Shown: one piece after another, positions 42,397 to 56,649 of the stretch
Layout of the letters: each line of letters begins with the position of its first letter
How positions within the stretch are numbered: the first letter of the stretch is position 1
NCBI RefSeq assembly: GCF_009914755.1
Contig: NC_060931.1
Source of the DNA: the human T2T-CHM13v2.0 reference genome, Homo sapiens
DNA length: 64,000 nucleotides
Direction: 5' to 3' (one strand)
Translations under genes and position numbers: made by a program
The notes under the pieces: generated by a model
Databases searched by the model: none
What the model was told of the DNA's origin: nothing
The model's input: only the letters and a program-made list of their open reading frames with translations

Positions 42397-43973
42397 CCCT
42401 CCAGTATAGTAAACAGAGCCAGCAGACCAAGGCATCTTTACCAGCTAGACAAATCAGAGCTCAAAGGAAAATACTATTTCTTTGCTATTATTAGACTGTC
42501 TCTCTCCATTTCCGGATTTGGAGGACTGTAGAGGGGCCACAGGAGGGTGTTCCCTCCCTCGCCTCCCAAATAAAAGCCCTTTGCTATAATTTAATCCATC
42601 CCGGTAAACCTGCCGCTTATCTTACCCTAAGCAGAAAGAAATGACCAAAGAGAGGGAGGGAGCTGTAAATATACCTAAAACGAATAAGCTCAAATTCTCA
42701 AATTCCTGGTAGGGGGTTGGAGGGAGAATTCTTCTGAACCATATTTGTAGGATTTAACGGTCCCTCCTTCCCCGACGGATCAGGAGTGGATGGATTCTCC
42801 AGGATTCATGCCACATTAGCAGAAGCATCCATAACCACAGTATCTGACTTATTAAGAAAGTCATGGCATTTTTTTGAATGACCCAGTATGGTTCACCCAG
42901 CATTATATACCATTCAAGGGCCCCGAAGGCCTGAGCCCAGAGTAAGGCATGTAAACATCTTCGTTTGATTTTATTTTCTCATGAGTTTTTTTTTGATTAA
43001 AGAATTGGGATGCTTTTTAGAAAGCTATATATCCTGCCTCCTTCCTGTGTACACAATAGGAAACTGAGGCTCAAAGGCACTGACTCCCATGCAGTAATCC
43101 TCTCACTAGCACGGCCAGGGCGTCTCAAAGAGCAGGTCTGCGGGAGGATCTGAGGGATGATTTTTTAAGAGTGTCTTCCTGAAGAGGAACATCAGCCCCC
43201 AACCCCTGAGAAGCTTACTCCCCAGACACCATCTGTCAGGGCACTCAAAGTTTAGCCTACGACCTTCCAGACGCAGAGGCCGGAGGCAGAGGCTGGAGCT
43301 CAGAGGGTCACCTGCTCCCACCGCGGAGATGCCCAGCTGGGCGCTGCCCGGCCTCCCCCGCCGCCCCCGACGGGCCGCGTCCGCTGCCAGGGCGGCCCAG
43401 CCCCTCACCCAGGGGCGGCCGCCGCCAGAGCCACCCCCTCCCCGTCCAGGCCCGCAGCCCTCTGGGCAGGCCTTTCTGGGGCTGCCGCACCGTGCCACGG
43501 ATGCCTTGCTACGTGACCTTGGGGCCGGCAGGGCGGGTCGCCGCCAGGTGTCTGTGCCTCAGTGTCTCCGTTCTGCGAAATGGGAGAGCCGCGTCAGCGC
43601 CGCGCCCGGGCCGGGGAAGGCTCCGCGGGGCCGAGCTCTGCGGAAAACGTGCCGGCGGCTACCCCGACGGACGCAGCGCGGGCCCCGCAGGGAGCGAGCG
43701 CGCCTCCGGGCGCCCCACCTCGGGGCCGCGTGTGTGCCGGGCCGGGCGTGAGAGCAGCCTCCCTCGCACGGACGGCGGCGAGGCCCGTAGCCCTCCCCCA
43801 CCGCCCGGGTCAAGACGCGCGGGCCCCCTCCAGGGCGCCCCCACCCCCCGCGCCAACGTCGTAGCGTTTCTGCCCCTTACCGAGATCCCAGGCCGGGCCG
43901 CCGAGCCCGGGACACGCAGGCCGTCCCCGGGGCCCCGAGGCCGCGCGTCCGTGCGCGCGCGGGCCGCCCTCAC

Positions 43974-43997
43974 AGGAGCCGGGGCCGCCTCGGCCAT
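43974..43997 (-). CDS. ZNF777: Candidate alternative coding first exon of ZNF777 (MAEAAPAP)
   Basis: gcagggccATGG Kozak context, 8 codons, phase-0 donor CCT|gtgagg; in frame with exon 2 (VQQLD-MENQ). Confidence 0.7.
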
Positions 43998-44665
43998 GGC
44001 CCTGCGCTGTCCGGCCCGGGCCCCCGGAGTCGCCGCCGCTACTGCCGCCGCCGCTACTGCGCGCGGCCCCACGCAGGCCCGGCCGCCCGGCGCTCTCCGC
44101 AGGCGGCGCCGGCCCAGCCCTGTCTTCCCCGCCGGGGCTCGCGCGCGGCCGTCGGGCCCCGGCCTGCTCGGGGCGCGCGGGGCGAGCGGGCGCGGGGTCG
44201 CGGAGCCCGAGCGGCGGCGTCGGAGCTGGGCGCGCGGCTGTGCGGGCGGCCCGGCCGGCTGCGTCCCGGCGGCGAGCTGGGCCCCGGCCCTCAACGGCGG
44301 CCCCCGGCCCGCGCGCCGCCCCTCTGCGGCCGCGGCTGGGACCCCAGCTCCGGCCCCGGCCCCGGCTGCGAGCTGCGCTGCCGTCCCGGCGCCTCTTTAG
44401 CAGGGGAGCTGCACAGCAGCTGCCATGTTGCTACAAACTGCATCCTGGGAGGCATGTCCCTCTCAGGCCGTTTAAAGAGAAACACTCCGAGGCTCGTCGG
44501 AGGCTGCCGGAACCCAGACAGCTCCATCTACAGCCGGTAGGAGCGAACAGTGTCGAGCGAGCCGCCCGGCGGCGACGGACACGCCCTGAGCCCGGGCCAG
44601 CCCGTCGTGGAGCCCGGGCCGAACCGCCGGGGCCTCCCACCCTCCAGGACCCTCCGGCCTCTCAC

Positions 44666-44910
44666 CTGGGGTCCTCGCCTGCCCAGGCACCCTCGGGCGA
44701 GGCCGGGAGGCGCGCGGGCGGAGGCGCAGTCGGAGCGCGCAGCCCAGGCGACGTGCCGGGGTCTGGAGGCGGCTTGATTGGCTCCGACAGCCTTCCTCCC
44801 GCCGATCCCCTGCGCCTCTCACACCCAGAACCCGGGGTCGTTCCCTTTCAAAACCTGCGCTCACAAAGGGATCTAAGAAACCCGTCACACCAGAGAAAGC
44901 CCGGAGTTCA
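44666..44910 (-). other. ZNF777: Probable non-coding first exon of ZNF777 (5' end approximate)
   Basis: Strong donor CCCCAG|gtgaga at 44666/44665 at the distal end of the CpG island; no ATG within most of the exon. Confidence 0.6.
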
Positions 44911-45473
44911 TGTGACCAGCTCAGTGCAGCCCGGGTTCCAGGGACGCGGGCTGTGCTTCCAAGGGGAGCCAGGGGGTTGGGTGCTTTTGTGAAATGCCCG
45001 AGTGTTGTTTTCGACATGAAAGGACCGAATTCCTAGAATCAGACCCTGCTGGGGCTGGAAGTGGCCAGACGGGTCATTTAGGAGGAAACTGAGGCCGAGT
45101 GGGCAGCGACTTGTTTACCCTCAGTCACAGTATGAATGAATGCTCTTTGTAACCATGAGAAGTCCCAAAAGAAATGCAGGAGCTTAGAGTTGAGGACTCC
45201 CCTTCCTGGACAGGTCCACTTAAACATGTATTAATTGAATACCTACGAGGTGGCGAGAACTGGGGATGAATTGAAAAGGAAAAAAAAAGAAGAAACTATA
45301 GGCAGGCGTCCTGGTTACTAGCGATGAAGCCCAACTGGAACTAACTTAAGTGAGGGAAGACGGCGGGGGGGAGCAGAGGACATTGTGTTTACCTAATGGA
45401 ACCCCAGGAGTGGAGCTGGTCTTGGAAGGCAACAGGACTCAGTATGCTGGCAGCTCAGATAATGGAAAGTTAT

Positions 45474-45869
<396 letters not shown>

Positions 45870-47148
45870 TTAACTAACATGTGTGCATTCGTAAACAATG
45901 CACACTACTGGTTTTGGTATTTTTACATTTTATGTGAATGATATTATCCAGTCCCTATCCTGTTGCAACTTGCTTTTTTCCATGGGTCATTTTGTTTTTG
46001 AGATACAGACATGTTTAAACAAGAATATCTGGTTCATTCATTTTACCCACAATATAGTATTTCATTGAATACATAAACTACAGTTTACGTTCCATTCCCC
46101 CTAGAGGAATGAGAACAAACCTGCTGCCAGCGACATCTGCATGCATGTCTCATTGTGCACTGCTAAAGTGCGTCTCTAGAGACGCCTAGACATGGGACTC
46201 TGGATGGCAAGAGCACCTTCATCTTTCCCCGGCTTCCCGAACTGCTCACTGAAGGGATGGTGCCTACTTACACACCCACTATCGTGTGATTTTCTCTTTC
46301 CCCATCCTGGCTCATACTTACTGATAATGGACTCAGAACGTTTGCCGACATGATGACTGTGAAATGGTAGCTCATTATTTTAATTTGTATTTGTATTTCC
46401 CTGATTAATGAAGTTGGACATCTTTTCATGTTTACTGACATTTGGTTTCTTCCTCTGTGAATTTCCTCTTCATATCATTTGCCAATGTTTCTGTTGTGAG
46501 ATCTTTTTCTTATTGGCTTATAGGTATTTCATTAAAAATCTATTCTGGATCTTAATCATATCACCAAACATTTAATGTGATTACTAATACGATTGCATTT
46601 AAATCTACCATCTTACTAGTTATTTTCTGTGTGTTCCAGGTGTTCAGTGATACCTCTCTCTCTCTCTCTCTCTCTCCCCAACTGCCTGCTTTGAGGTTGA
46701 GGTTTTTTTTTTTAATTCTATTTTTATATTAGTATTCTATTTCTTAGTAATTTCTATTTTTCACCATTCTCTTACTAGTTACATATAATTTTAAATGGTT
46801 GTCCTCAGTTTTACAATATACATCTTTAATTTTCTAACAGTCTACATAAATTATGCCACTTCACATATGGTGTGATAACCTTACAACAGGTTATCCCTAC
46901 CATCTTTTATACTGTTGTTAGCATACATTTTATGTTTATGTATATAATCTCCACAATACCTTGTTAGATGGGCAGATGGCAAATATCTTCTCCCAGCCTG
47001 TCTTTTAACATGTTTCATGGTAAGTGTTGCACAAACATTAAAATTATTTAAAGTATTATTTATATGCAGTGTAATGCACAGATTTCAAGTTTATGGCTTT
47101 TCTAGCTTTGACAAATGCAAAGACTTAAGTACTCCATACCTGCCATCA

Positions 47149-47499
<351 letters not shown>

Positions 47500-48479
47500 T
47501 TATGTTTTTTTTCAGTCTTTGAGTTCTGATGAATCCATGCATCTGTGTTCTGCCATGGTAGATTACTTTTGCCTTTTCATAGAAATGGAATCATACATAT
47601 ACACTCTTCTGTATGTAGGTTCCTTTAGTCAGCATACTGTTTTTGAGATTCAGTCACGCTGTTGCATTTTCAGTAGTTCAGTCCTTTGTGTTTCTCAGTA
47701 GTACATATTTCATTTCATAAAATGACATGCTTAATATGAATTTACTCCTATAATTGTGTATACTCTTGGTTTATTTTCCCCTCACAAGATTACCAACTAT
47801 ATATTTGCACATTAATACTGAATATTGTGTAATCAGCTGCAGATTTTTGTTATGAATTTATCACAATAGGAATTGTTTCAAAAACAGTATTAAATTGTTA
47901 GCAAAAAGTGTTTTGTATTTTCTTCAGTAAATGGTTCTTCTTTTTAAAAACATTTTGTATATTATTTTATTATTTCTTTCTGATTACTGCATTGTGGTTT
48001 TAAAGAGTAGCCTGAGTAAAATAGGTTATTTGGAATTTGTTGTGATTTGCTTTGCAATCTATTTTTGTAAATATTCCATGTATACTTGAAAAGAACAAAA
48101 TCTCTAATTATTTGGATAAGACTAGTTGAATATGCTTTTGAAATTTTCTATATCCTAATTTTTGTTTATCAATTACAGAGAGAAGTATGTAGAAATCTCC
48201 CATTGCGATTTTTCCTTTTTTTCTTTGTAATTCTGCCGTTTTTTGCATTATGTATTTTGAGTCCACGTTGTTAGAAACATAGAACCTCATTTTTTTCATA
48301 ACATTGTGATCTTATTTATCCTAGTAATGCTTTTTGCATTAAAGCCTGTTTTGTCCAGTAATATTAATGCTCCAGCTTTCTTTTGGTTAATGTTTGCTGG
48401 TATGTCTTTTTCTGTCCAGTGAGTTACTTTGAACTATTTTGTGCCCTCAAGTTTTAGGTCTATCGCTTGCAAACATCAT

Positions 48480-49710
48480 GTGACAGGATGTCAAGCATCA
48501 TTTTGCCTGTGTCTGGGAATTGAGGCTAAGGCTCAATACTAAGGACAAAAGATGTGAGGAACCCCGCATTTTAACTTCATGTGGCCAAAAGGAGTTGAGA
48601 CAGTCACTCACAGAGCTGACCAGGAGGTACCACCTCAGGACTGGCCCACCACTGACACCCTCCCCGCTATACACAGAAAAAGAAGACTTCAAGAGAGGGA
48701 GATTGTTGGCTATTCCTTCCCTTTCTACCACATGAGAGTCTTGGTCTCCTTTTGTGGGAGCCCAGGACATGGCTCATGAGCCTTTTCAGTCTCCATGTTC
48801 CACTGTAGGGAAGAAGAGGAGGCCTTTGATATGTGTCTCCTGAAGTGTGTGGATGTACTGAATCATGGAAACAGACAGTATTTCATGTCGATTTCTGAAG
48901 AAGTAACTCATCAGAGTAGGGCTTAAAGCAACATAGGGGGCAGGCGGGGCTATTCCCACTCCATCCCAGTTCCTCTCAACCCGATGGTGCGATGAGACCT
49001 CATCAGCTTCCTTGCCTCCCTGGGACAGAGCACACAGATGAACGGGAGGGGCAGGGACTCTGCGGCTGCTGTGGGCCACAGGCCACAGGATGAGATGTCT
49101 GCCCCTGAGAAAGAGTTAGGGTCAATACTTTCCAGATCCCTCTCTTAGGAGTGATTCTCAGTGTCAGAGGGGGTGAGGGTGAAGCTGAGCCCTACCCCAC
49201 TTACCTGGACACCACCATACCAGCAGATGCCTGCAGTCACAGGTGGAACCAAGCTGAATGAAGGTTCTCCATCAACAGATGTAAGCACATTCTCCTCTAT
49301 CTCCTTTTTGACCTTATAAAGCCAAAAGTGAAGCTTTGTGAAGGCCTAGGCTAGTGTCTGTATGAAGGAAGCATGACAGGGTCTGAAGAGCAGACCACAT
49401 GTTCTCTTCACCCCAAGCTGTTAGTGCTCTAGGTAGATCTAGCCTGAACCGGAGTTGAGGGGACCTGAGTTCTGTGTTGAGCTTCACTCAAAGTTCAAAT
49501 GCGCCTCACACTAAGACTGAAATGAGACTTTTCTTAGAAAGTGATGAAATATAGTATTAGAATTTTGACAAGATGTCATATGGTATCAAATAGCTGGAAA
49601 GCAAGGAAGGGTTGACGTAGCACAACTACAGGGTAGTCATGAAGAAAAAGGAAAGCTATTTTATGGTTATGCTCCTATGAATTAGTACTCCTCCTAAAAC
49701 TTAAAAGCAT
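48480..49710 (+). mobile_element. Possible ancient LTR (MamGyp-like) inserted in L1
   Basis: Compositional break from the flanking L1, starting tgtgacagg; 3' part (gaaagtgatg...aagatgtcat...aaagctattttatg) loosely recalls MamGypLTR. Confidence 0.3.
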
Positions 49711-50589
49711 AGAACTGGATTTTTGTTTTCTTTTATAATCTGACAACTTGTTTTTAAACTAGAAAGCTTATTTTGTTTATATTTGTAGTGAATACGATGT
49801 ATTTAGATTTTTTTCATCATTTTATTTTGTGATCTTTTCATCACTTCTTTCTCCCTTTCCCTACCTTCTATTAGATTAATGAAACTTTCTTCAATCAAAT
49901 TTTCTCCCTCTGCTAGGCAACATTCTATTTCTATTTATCTAGCAGTTTTAATGAACATTTTAAACATGTGTGTTTGACTCACAAAGTCTATATGTAATTG
50001 ATATCTCTGCCCTTTTCTTGAAGTCACAAGGACCATAGAATGCTTTCATTTTAATCATACTCCATCCACCTTACATGTGATTGTTTCCTAGTATTTTAGT
50101 TCCATTTTTTTGGTATCCCTAAAATTTGTATTGTTTTATAAAGTCAATGCGTGTTAAGATTTACCCACATTTACTGATCTTTTTTCTCACCATTGTTTCT
50201 TCTTATATCCTTCTCCTACAGGATTTACCTACTGAGTTCAAGTTTCTTCTTCCCAAAAGATAGTCCTTAGTAGTTTTTTTTCAGTGAGGGTCTATGAATG
50301 GAATATCTCAGTTTTTATTTTCTGAAAACATATTTGTTTGGTTTTGCTGTTGTATAATAGTTGATCAGGGTATAAAATCTTCATTGACAGTTATTTTCTC
50401 TTACCACTTTGTAGATGTTAGTCCATTGTCTTCTGACTTCCATGTTTACCATAGAAGAGTCTATTGTTAATCTAGTAGTTTTCCTTAGAAGCCAATCTGG
50501 TTATTTCCTCTGGTTGTTTTCAGGATGTCCTCTTTGTTTTTGGTGTTTGATAGTTTTATCACAATATTTTTACATGTGACTTTACCTTT

Positions 50590-51471
50590 TGTTGATGAAA
50601 ATAGTCAACCTATAAAATATTTGAAGAGATTTTTTTCTGAGCCAAATATGAGTGACCAAGAAGTAAACAAAGAAAAAAAAATGAGTGACCAATGACCCAT
50701 GACACAGCCCCAGGGGATCCAAAGTGGCTGGGCTACAGCTTGGTTTTTTATATTTTAGGGAGACACAAGACATCAACCAATACATGTAAGATATACATTG
50801 GTTTGGTCTGGAAAGGCAGGAAAACTGGAAGCAGGGCCTTCCAGGACATAGGTGGATTCAAAGATTTTCTGATTGGCAATTGGCTGAAAGAGTTATTATC
50901 TAAAGACCTGGAATCAATAGGAAGGAATGTCTAGGTTAAGATAAGGGGTTGTGAAGACTGAGGTTTTATCATGCAGATGAAACCTCCAGCTAGCAGGCTT
51001 CAGAGCTTTTATGAGACCTAAAAAGATGCCAGACTCTTAGTTAATTGTCTCCTGGATCAGGGAAAAGACCTGGAAAGAAACAGATTTTCTATAGAATGTA
51101 GATTTTTCCCCTCAAGAGACAGCTTGGCAGGGCCATTTCAAAATATGTCAAAGCAATATGTTTTGGGATAAAATACTACAATTTTTTCAGGGCCTGCTAT
51201 TTTTCATGTGATGCCATACTAGAGTCAGGCTAGAATTTGTGTCTTATTGCTACAAAAAGTCTTTTCTGGCAGTCTTAGGATCTCCATTTTAATGTTAATG
51301 CTAGTCAGCTGTGCCTGGATTCCAAAAGAAGGAGGGTATAATGAGGCATGTCCAACCTCCACTTCCCATCATGGCCTGAACTAGTTTTTCAGGTTAGCTT
51401 TGGAATGCCCTTGGCCGAGGGAAGGGTCCATCAGTCAGTTGGGGAGCTTAGAATTTTATTTTTGGTTTACA
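50590..51471 (-). mobile_element. MER4-family (ERV1) solo LTR
   Basis: TG...CA ends; minus strand begins tgtaaaccaaaaataaaattctaagctccccaactgactgatggacc, the MER4-group LTR start. Confidence 0.8.
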
Positions 51472-52393
51472 TTCTATTTACCTTATTCAGGACTTGTGCC
51501 TCTTAAATTTGAGGATTTATATCTTTCATCAAATTTTGAAAATTGTTAGCCATTTTTTTTTTAAAAGTTTCTTTTCTCCAGATTTCCTAATCATTGCTTT
51601 CTAGATGAGAGCATCTGATTAGATAGAGGCATGGTAAATATTCCTAGCCTATGCTTTTAACATGTCATGTTTCTGTCTATGATTTTCTCTCTGTGCCCTT
51701 CATTCTGGGTACTTTTCTTGTCTATCTTTGATTTAACTGATTCTTTTCAGCTGTATCTAGTTCTGCAGTTTCACCAGTCCATTAAAATTTTTCAATGAGT
51801 ATATATTTTATTTCTAGAAATTCTGTTGGTTTCTTTTTCTTTTTCAAATGTTACTTTCTTTTTTATAATATCTTGATTTTTTAAAAAATTAAAGACTTTT
51901 GCACTCCTAGTATCTTGATTCATGTTAGTGTTTGGTGATTTCTATGCTTTTCCCACTCTGCTCTTTCTACTTTGTGCCATCTATTAGTCTTATACATTAC
52001 AAAAATACGCATGTTATATTATCTTCTGAATTATCTTTACATGAATTCTAGCTCTTGGATTTTAATCCGCTGCTTGTGTTCTCACTGATGGTGGATTGTT
52101 TCCTTGTGGATTTTGCAACGTGTGACTTATGAGCTTACACTGAGCAGGGCTTGTGGTCTGGATTGTGGGATGGTTCCTCCTGTTTTTGAATTTGCTTCAG
52201 CCGGAAACCTCAAGTGCAATCATTGGGCTAAGGCCAATTTTTACGTCAATTTATTAGCCCAGTGGATAATGTACATTTGAATCACAAACCTGTATGAGGT
52301 ACTAGCTGTGGTTTTGAATTCTCAAGGAAGATACTGCCCCCTCTGGTGCCATCACCCAGAGTCCGGCCTGAAACAGATAAACTCTCTGTCATC

Positions 52394-52840
52394 TGTGGCA
52401 GCCGTGGAGCTATGCCACTCACATCTCCATTCAAGAACTTACCATTCAGCTGCAAGGAGCCCTGCTAACTGACAGCTCAAGTAGTGAACCCCTTCAGGAA
52501 ATGCCTTGGTTTTCATGCTTTTCTTGGGCAGCCCCAGCCCATGGCTGAGCAGGTGGGGTCCTAGGGCCTGATTATTTCTGCCCAACACAGGACTTCTCTG
52601 AGAGACAATATTTGCTCTAGAGCCCCTCATCGGGTTGGCTGAAACTCAGATCCACATCCTGCTCTGTTCCTGCTTCCTTGCCTCTTTCCTTTCACAGGTA
52701 TTGGCCCTGCCTTGTGGCCTAAGACTTGCCTGAAAGATCCTGCTTCCTCCTCTGTTTATCTTCTACAGGCAGTATTCCCCAGTAGACCTCCTGAACTCCA
52801 AGCCATGTCTCAGTGTCTGCTTCCCAGAGATGCAACTAAC
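52394..52840 (+). mobile_element. LTR16-like (ERVL) LTR
   Basis: tgtggcagccgtggagctatgccactcacatctcc...ctcagtgtctgcttcccagaga...aactaacaca. Confidence 0.55.
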
Positions 52841-53414
52841 ACATCATCCTTTGGTGTTGGGATGCATTTTTTTCTGAACCATGTATTTAATGAAGACGAG
52901 GCCCTCGAAAATGAGGCCTTCAAGGGGCTTCATGAGGAGGTGCCAGTTTTTACCTGTCGGCCCAAGGCCTACATATCCTTCTCCTCACCCCACTCCAGGT
53001 AGGCCCAGCAGCGACCCATGTGCTGACAACTTGGGGGTACAGTTTTGCCTTCATTTGGGGCACACTGGAGTTTCCTTTTATTTCATTCTATCTTAGCTCT
53101 ATATTTAAAGTTATGTTTATTAGGTCCTATCTGGAACTTCCAGATGTAATTGGGTCATACAATCCATAATATTTGCATTTATGACTCTTTGACCAAATTT
53201 TTTATAAAACATAATTATTTAAGTGTATGTATTTCATGTCTAAACTGTATTTTTAATGTTTTTAAATAATCAGGTACAATTGTACAACTCTGGGCTAAAA
53301 GAAACTTGACAATTACAACAAAATTAGAAACTTCATTTTATAGCTGTCAGGGAATGAAGGCCTCCTTGTGACTTCTAAGTTTCTTGCCTTATTTTTTAAT
53401 TTAATTCCTTTTTA

Positions 53415-53702
<288 letters not shown>

Positions 53703-54688
53703 TCTTGCCTCATTTTTAAACAGACAACTTTTACACACAAAGGGAGAGATGGTCTCATGAGGTGACGGATGGAGCCTGAGCAGGGGTCTGTGGGAAAAAC
53801 AGGGGAGGTATCAGTTCCACCTGGAGAGATCAGGGAAGGCTGGGTGTTGCCTTGGGCCAAGACCTTGGGGAAAGTGGGAGTGCACCAAGTGGGCCACGAG
53901 GAGGGGAAGGAGGACACGACATGCAGTGGGAACGGCATGGTGCTCAGGGAAAGGCTGGCAGTTCGGTTTGTCTAGAGGGTGAGATGCAAGTGGAGGAGTG
54001 GATGAGGAGAACAAGGAAGGAGTACCCTCATGAGAGGCTGGATGTGCTGTGCTGAAGTATGGATTTCAGCCAGCAGATGACGGGGAGCCACTGGAGTACT
54101 TTAGATCAGGGAGCCTCAGTAAGCAGACTTCCCAGTTAAAAAGGCCCCCCTGGGTCAGTATGAAGGATGGACTTGTGCAGGGTGGGGGTAGGAGTTATAG
54201 ACCTAAAGCCCAGAGACCTCTAACATGGCTTCAATGTGGAAAAATGATCGATGAATGTCAGAGGAATGCCAGCGTAATACTTACAAGTGGTCAGGGCAAT
54301 CTTCAAAGATCTTGATGCTACTGAGATGGTTAAAGTGCAGCTTAACTCATCTTGTCTTCAATCTGCCTGTGAACATGACAATGATGCAGCATTGCAACCT
54401 AACAATGGAAAGAGTTGGAGGGAGGGGGCCATCTTCAGAAGCATCAGGAATAAGAGAACAAAACTGTAAAAAGATGAAGGAAAAGATGACAAGAGGAGGT
54501 AACAGCAAATGAGCACCTTTTGATGGGCAACAGAGGGTGGCCAAGATGAGGGAATGGCTGGAATGATGAACCTCAAATGTTCTCATTTTGGCACAAGTTA
54601 TTTCAGTACCAGAACATATATGAATGTCCCAGGGAGTATTTGGCCTGGCCTCAGAGAAGCAATGAGGGTTGCCCTGACTCTTGGGAGG

Positions 54689-55153
54689 TGTGGTAAGTTG
54701 AATAATGCACCCGCCCCCCCCCCACCCAGGATGTCCACATCCTAGTCCCCAGAACCGGTGAATGTGTTAACCTTATATAGCAAAAGGGACTTTGCAGACG
54801 TCGTTAAATTTGGATCTTGAGAGGGAGAGAGTATCTGAGTGAGCCCAATGTAATTCCAAGGGTCTTTAATGAAAGAAAGGCAGGACAGTGACAGTCAGAA
54901 AAGATGTGACAATAAAAACAGAGGTCAGAGTGATTCCTGTAGGAGGAAGGGGCCACAAGCCAAGGAATGGAGGGAGCCTTAAAGGTTGGAAAAGGGAAGG
55001 AAATGAATTTTCCTCTGAAGCCTCTGCCTCGGGAAGCAATTCTGCCCTCATGATACCTTGATTTTGGCTCCAGAACTCATTCTGGACTCTGATCACCACA
55101 ACTGTAAGATAAACGTGTGCTGGTTTCAGCCACTAGGTTCGTTATCATTTGTT

Positions 55154-55186
<33 letters not shown>

Positions 55187-55195
55187 AACTACTAG
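54689..55195 (+). mobile_element. MLT1 (MaLR) solo LTR
   Basis: tgtggtaagttgaataatg...gcaaaagggactttgcaga...aactgtaagataaa...tttgttacagcagc. Confidence 0.82.
55155..55184. repeat. (CAG)10 pure trinucleotide repeat
   Basis: Counted directly. Confidence 0.95.
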
Positions 55196-55877
55196 AGGAA
55201 GGGAACCCTGTGCTTGGCCAAGCATGATGCTTTGGGACAATAGTAGTGCAAGGGTTCCCAAGAAGTCCGTGGGGAGTGGTGGCCCCCTCATTCACTGGTA
55301 CTTATCTGGTCTCCCTCACAACTGACTGGGCGCCTCCTCTGGGTGTATGAAGCAGAACTCAACTCCCCTGCCCAAACCTGCTCCTCCCTGTGTTCTGTCT
55401 TGGTGAGTGGTACCCAAACCAGAGACCAAGGAGTCCTTCATTTAGGAAACCACACGCCAGGATTCTGGCCATGACACTCAAGATTTCTGCATTTGGTGTG
55501 TGAATGAGAGGGAGTGTGAGAGCACACAAGATCACTGGGGAGGGTATGGGGTGAAGAGGTGCCCCAAGCTGGACAGACACCAGAGGCTACCCCAGCCAGC
55601 TTCCATGTGCTGGAGACCCATCCAGGGGGCAGGTGGACCAGAAGCACAGCAGAGAGGTCAGGGCTGGCGAGGAGGGCAGCGTGTTCCCATCCCCAGCTAT
55701 CCTCATAGCAGCCAGGGCAGATCTTCTCCCATGCCCGCTGTGGCAAAAATTAAGGTGGATTTGACATTTTCATTTTCTTAAAAAGGCTATCACCAAAACA
55801 GAAGACTGAAAACATGAGATAAAAGGGTAATGATTATTAACTCTGGCTGATGGGAATATGGGTGCTAGCCTGGCTCA

Positions 55878-56369
<492 letters not shown>

Positions 56370-56649
56370 TCAAATCATATACAACGTAATGACGTAAACC
56401 ATGTTTATATCCTGTTGGAAAGTGATTTGATGTGTTTTGATTCTCTCTCTAAATGTCAGTTTTTCTTCACAGAGTCAAATTTCTCTGGAATCTTCCATTC
56501 TTAGTTCTCAAGGTCAGTTACCTGTCTGGGTCCAAGGTGACCAAGCCTAGGAGGAGGGCACTAAGAAAGCTGACCAGACAGCCCCTTGGAGGGCATGTTT
56601 GGGGGCATCAGTGACAAAGACACATGCCTAGGAATGGAACCCAACAAAC

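Larger units (their letters stand above)
43100..45000 (-). promoter_or_regulatory. ZNF777: ZNF777 CpG-island promoter
   Basis: Extreme CpG density upstream of exon 2. Minus-strand AGCCAATCA (NF-Y, about 44775-44783), GGTCACATGA (USF/TFE-type E-box, 44908-44917), CAACATGGCAGC (YY1-like, about 44419-44430) and a GCGCGCGCAC NRF1-like site at 43951-43960. Confidence 0.9.

Noticed and set aside
43308-43320. Possible third minus-strand donor GCAG|GTGACC in the ZNF777 island
   Set aside because: Weak +5/+6 match and no supporting start site or ATG context
43492-45017. Long Arg/Pro/Gly/Ala-rich ORFs (181-302 aa) in the promoter island
   Set aside because: Stop-codon depletion at very high GC; only the MAEAAPAP segment has Kozak, donor and paralog support
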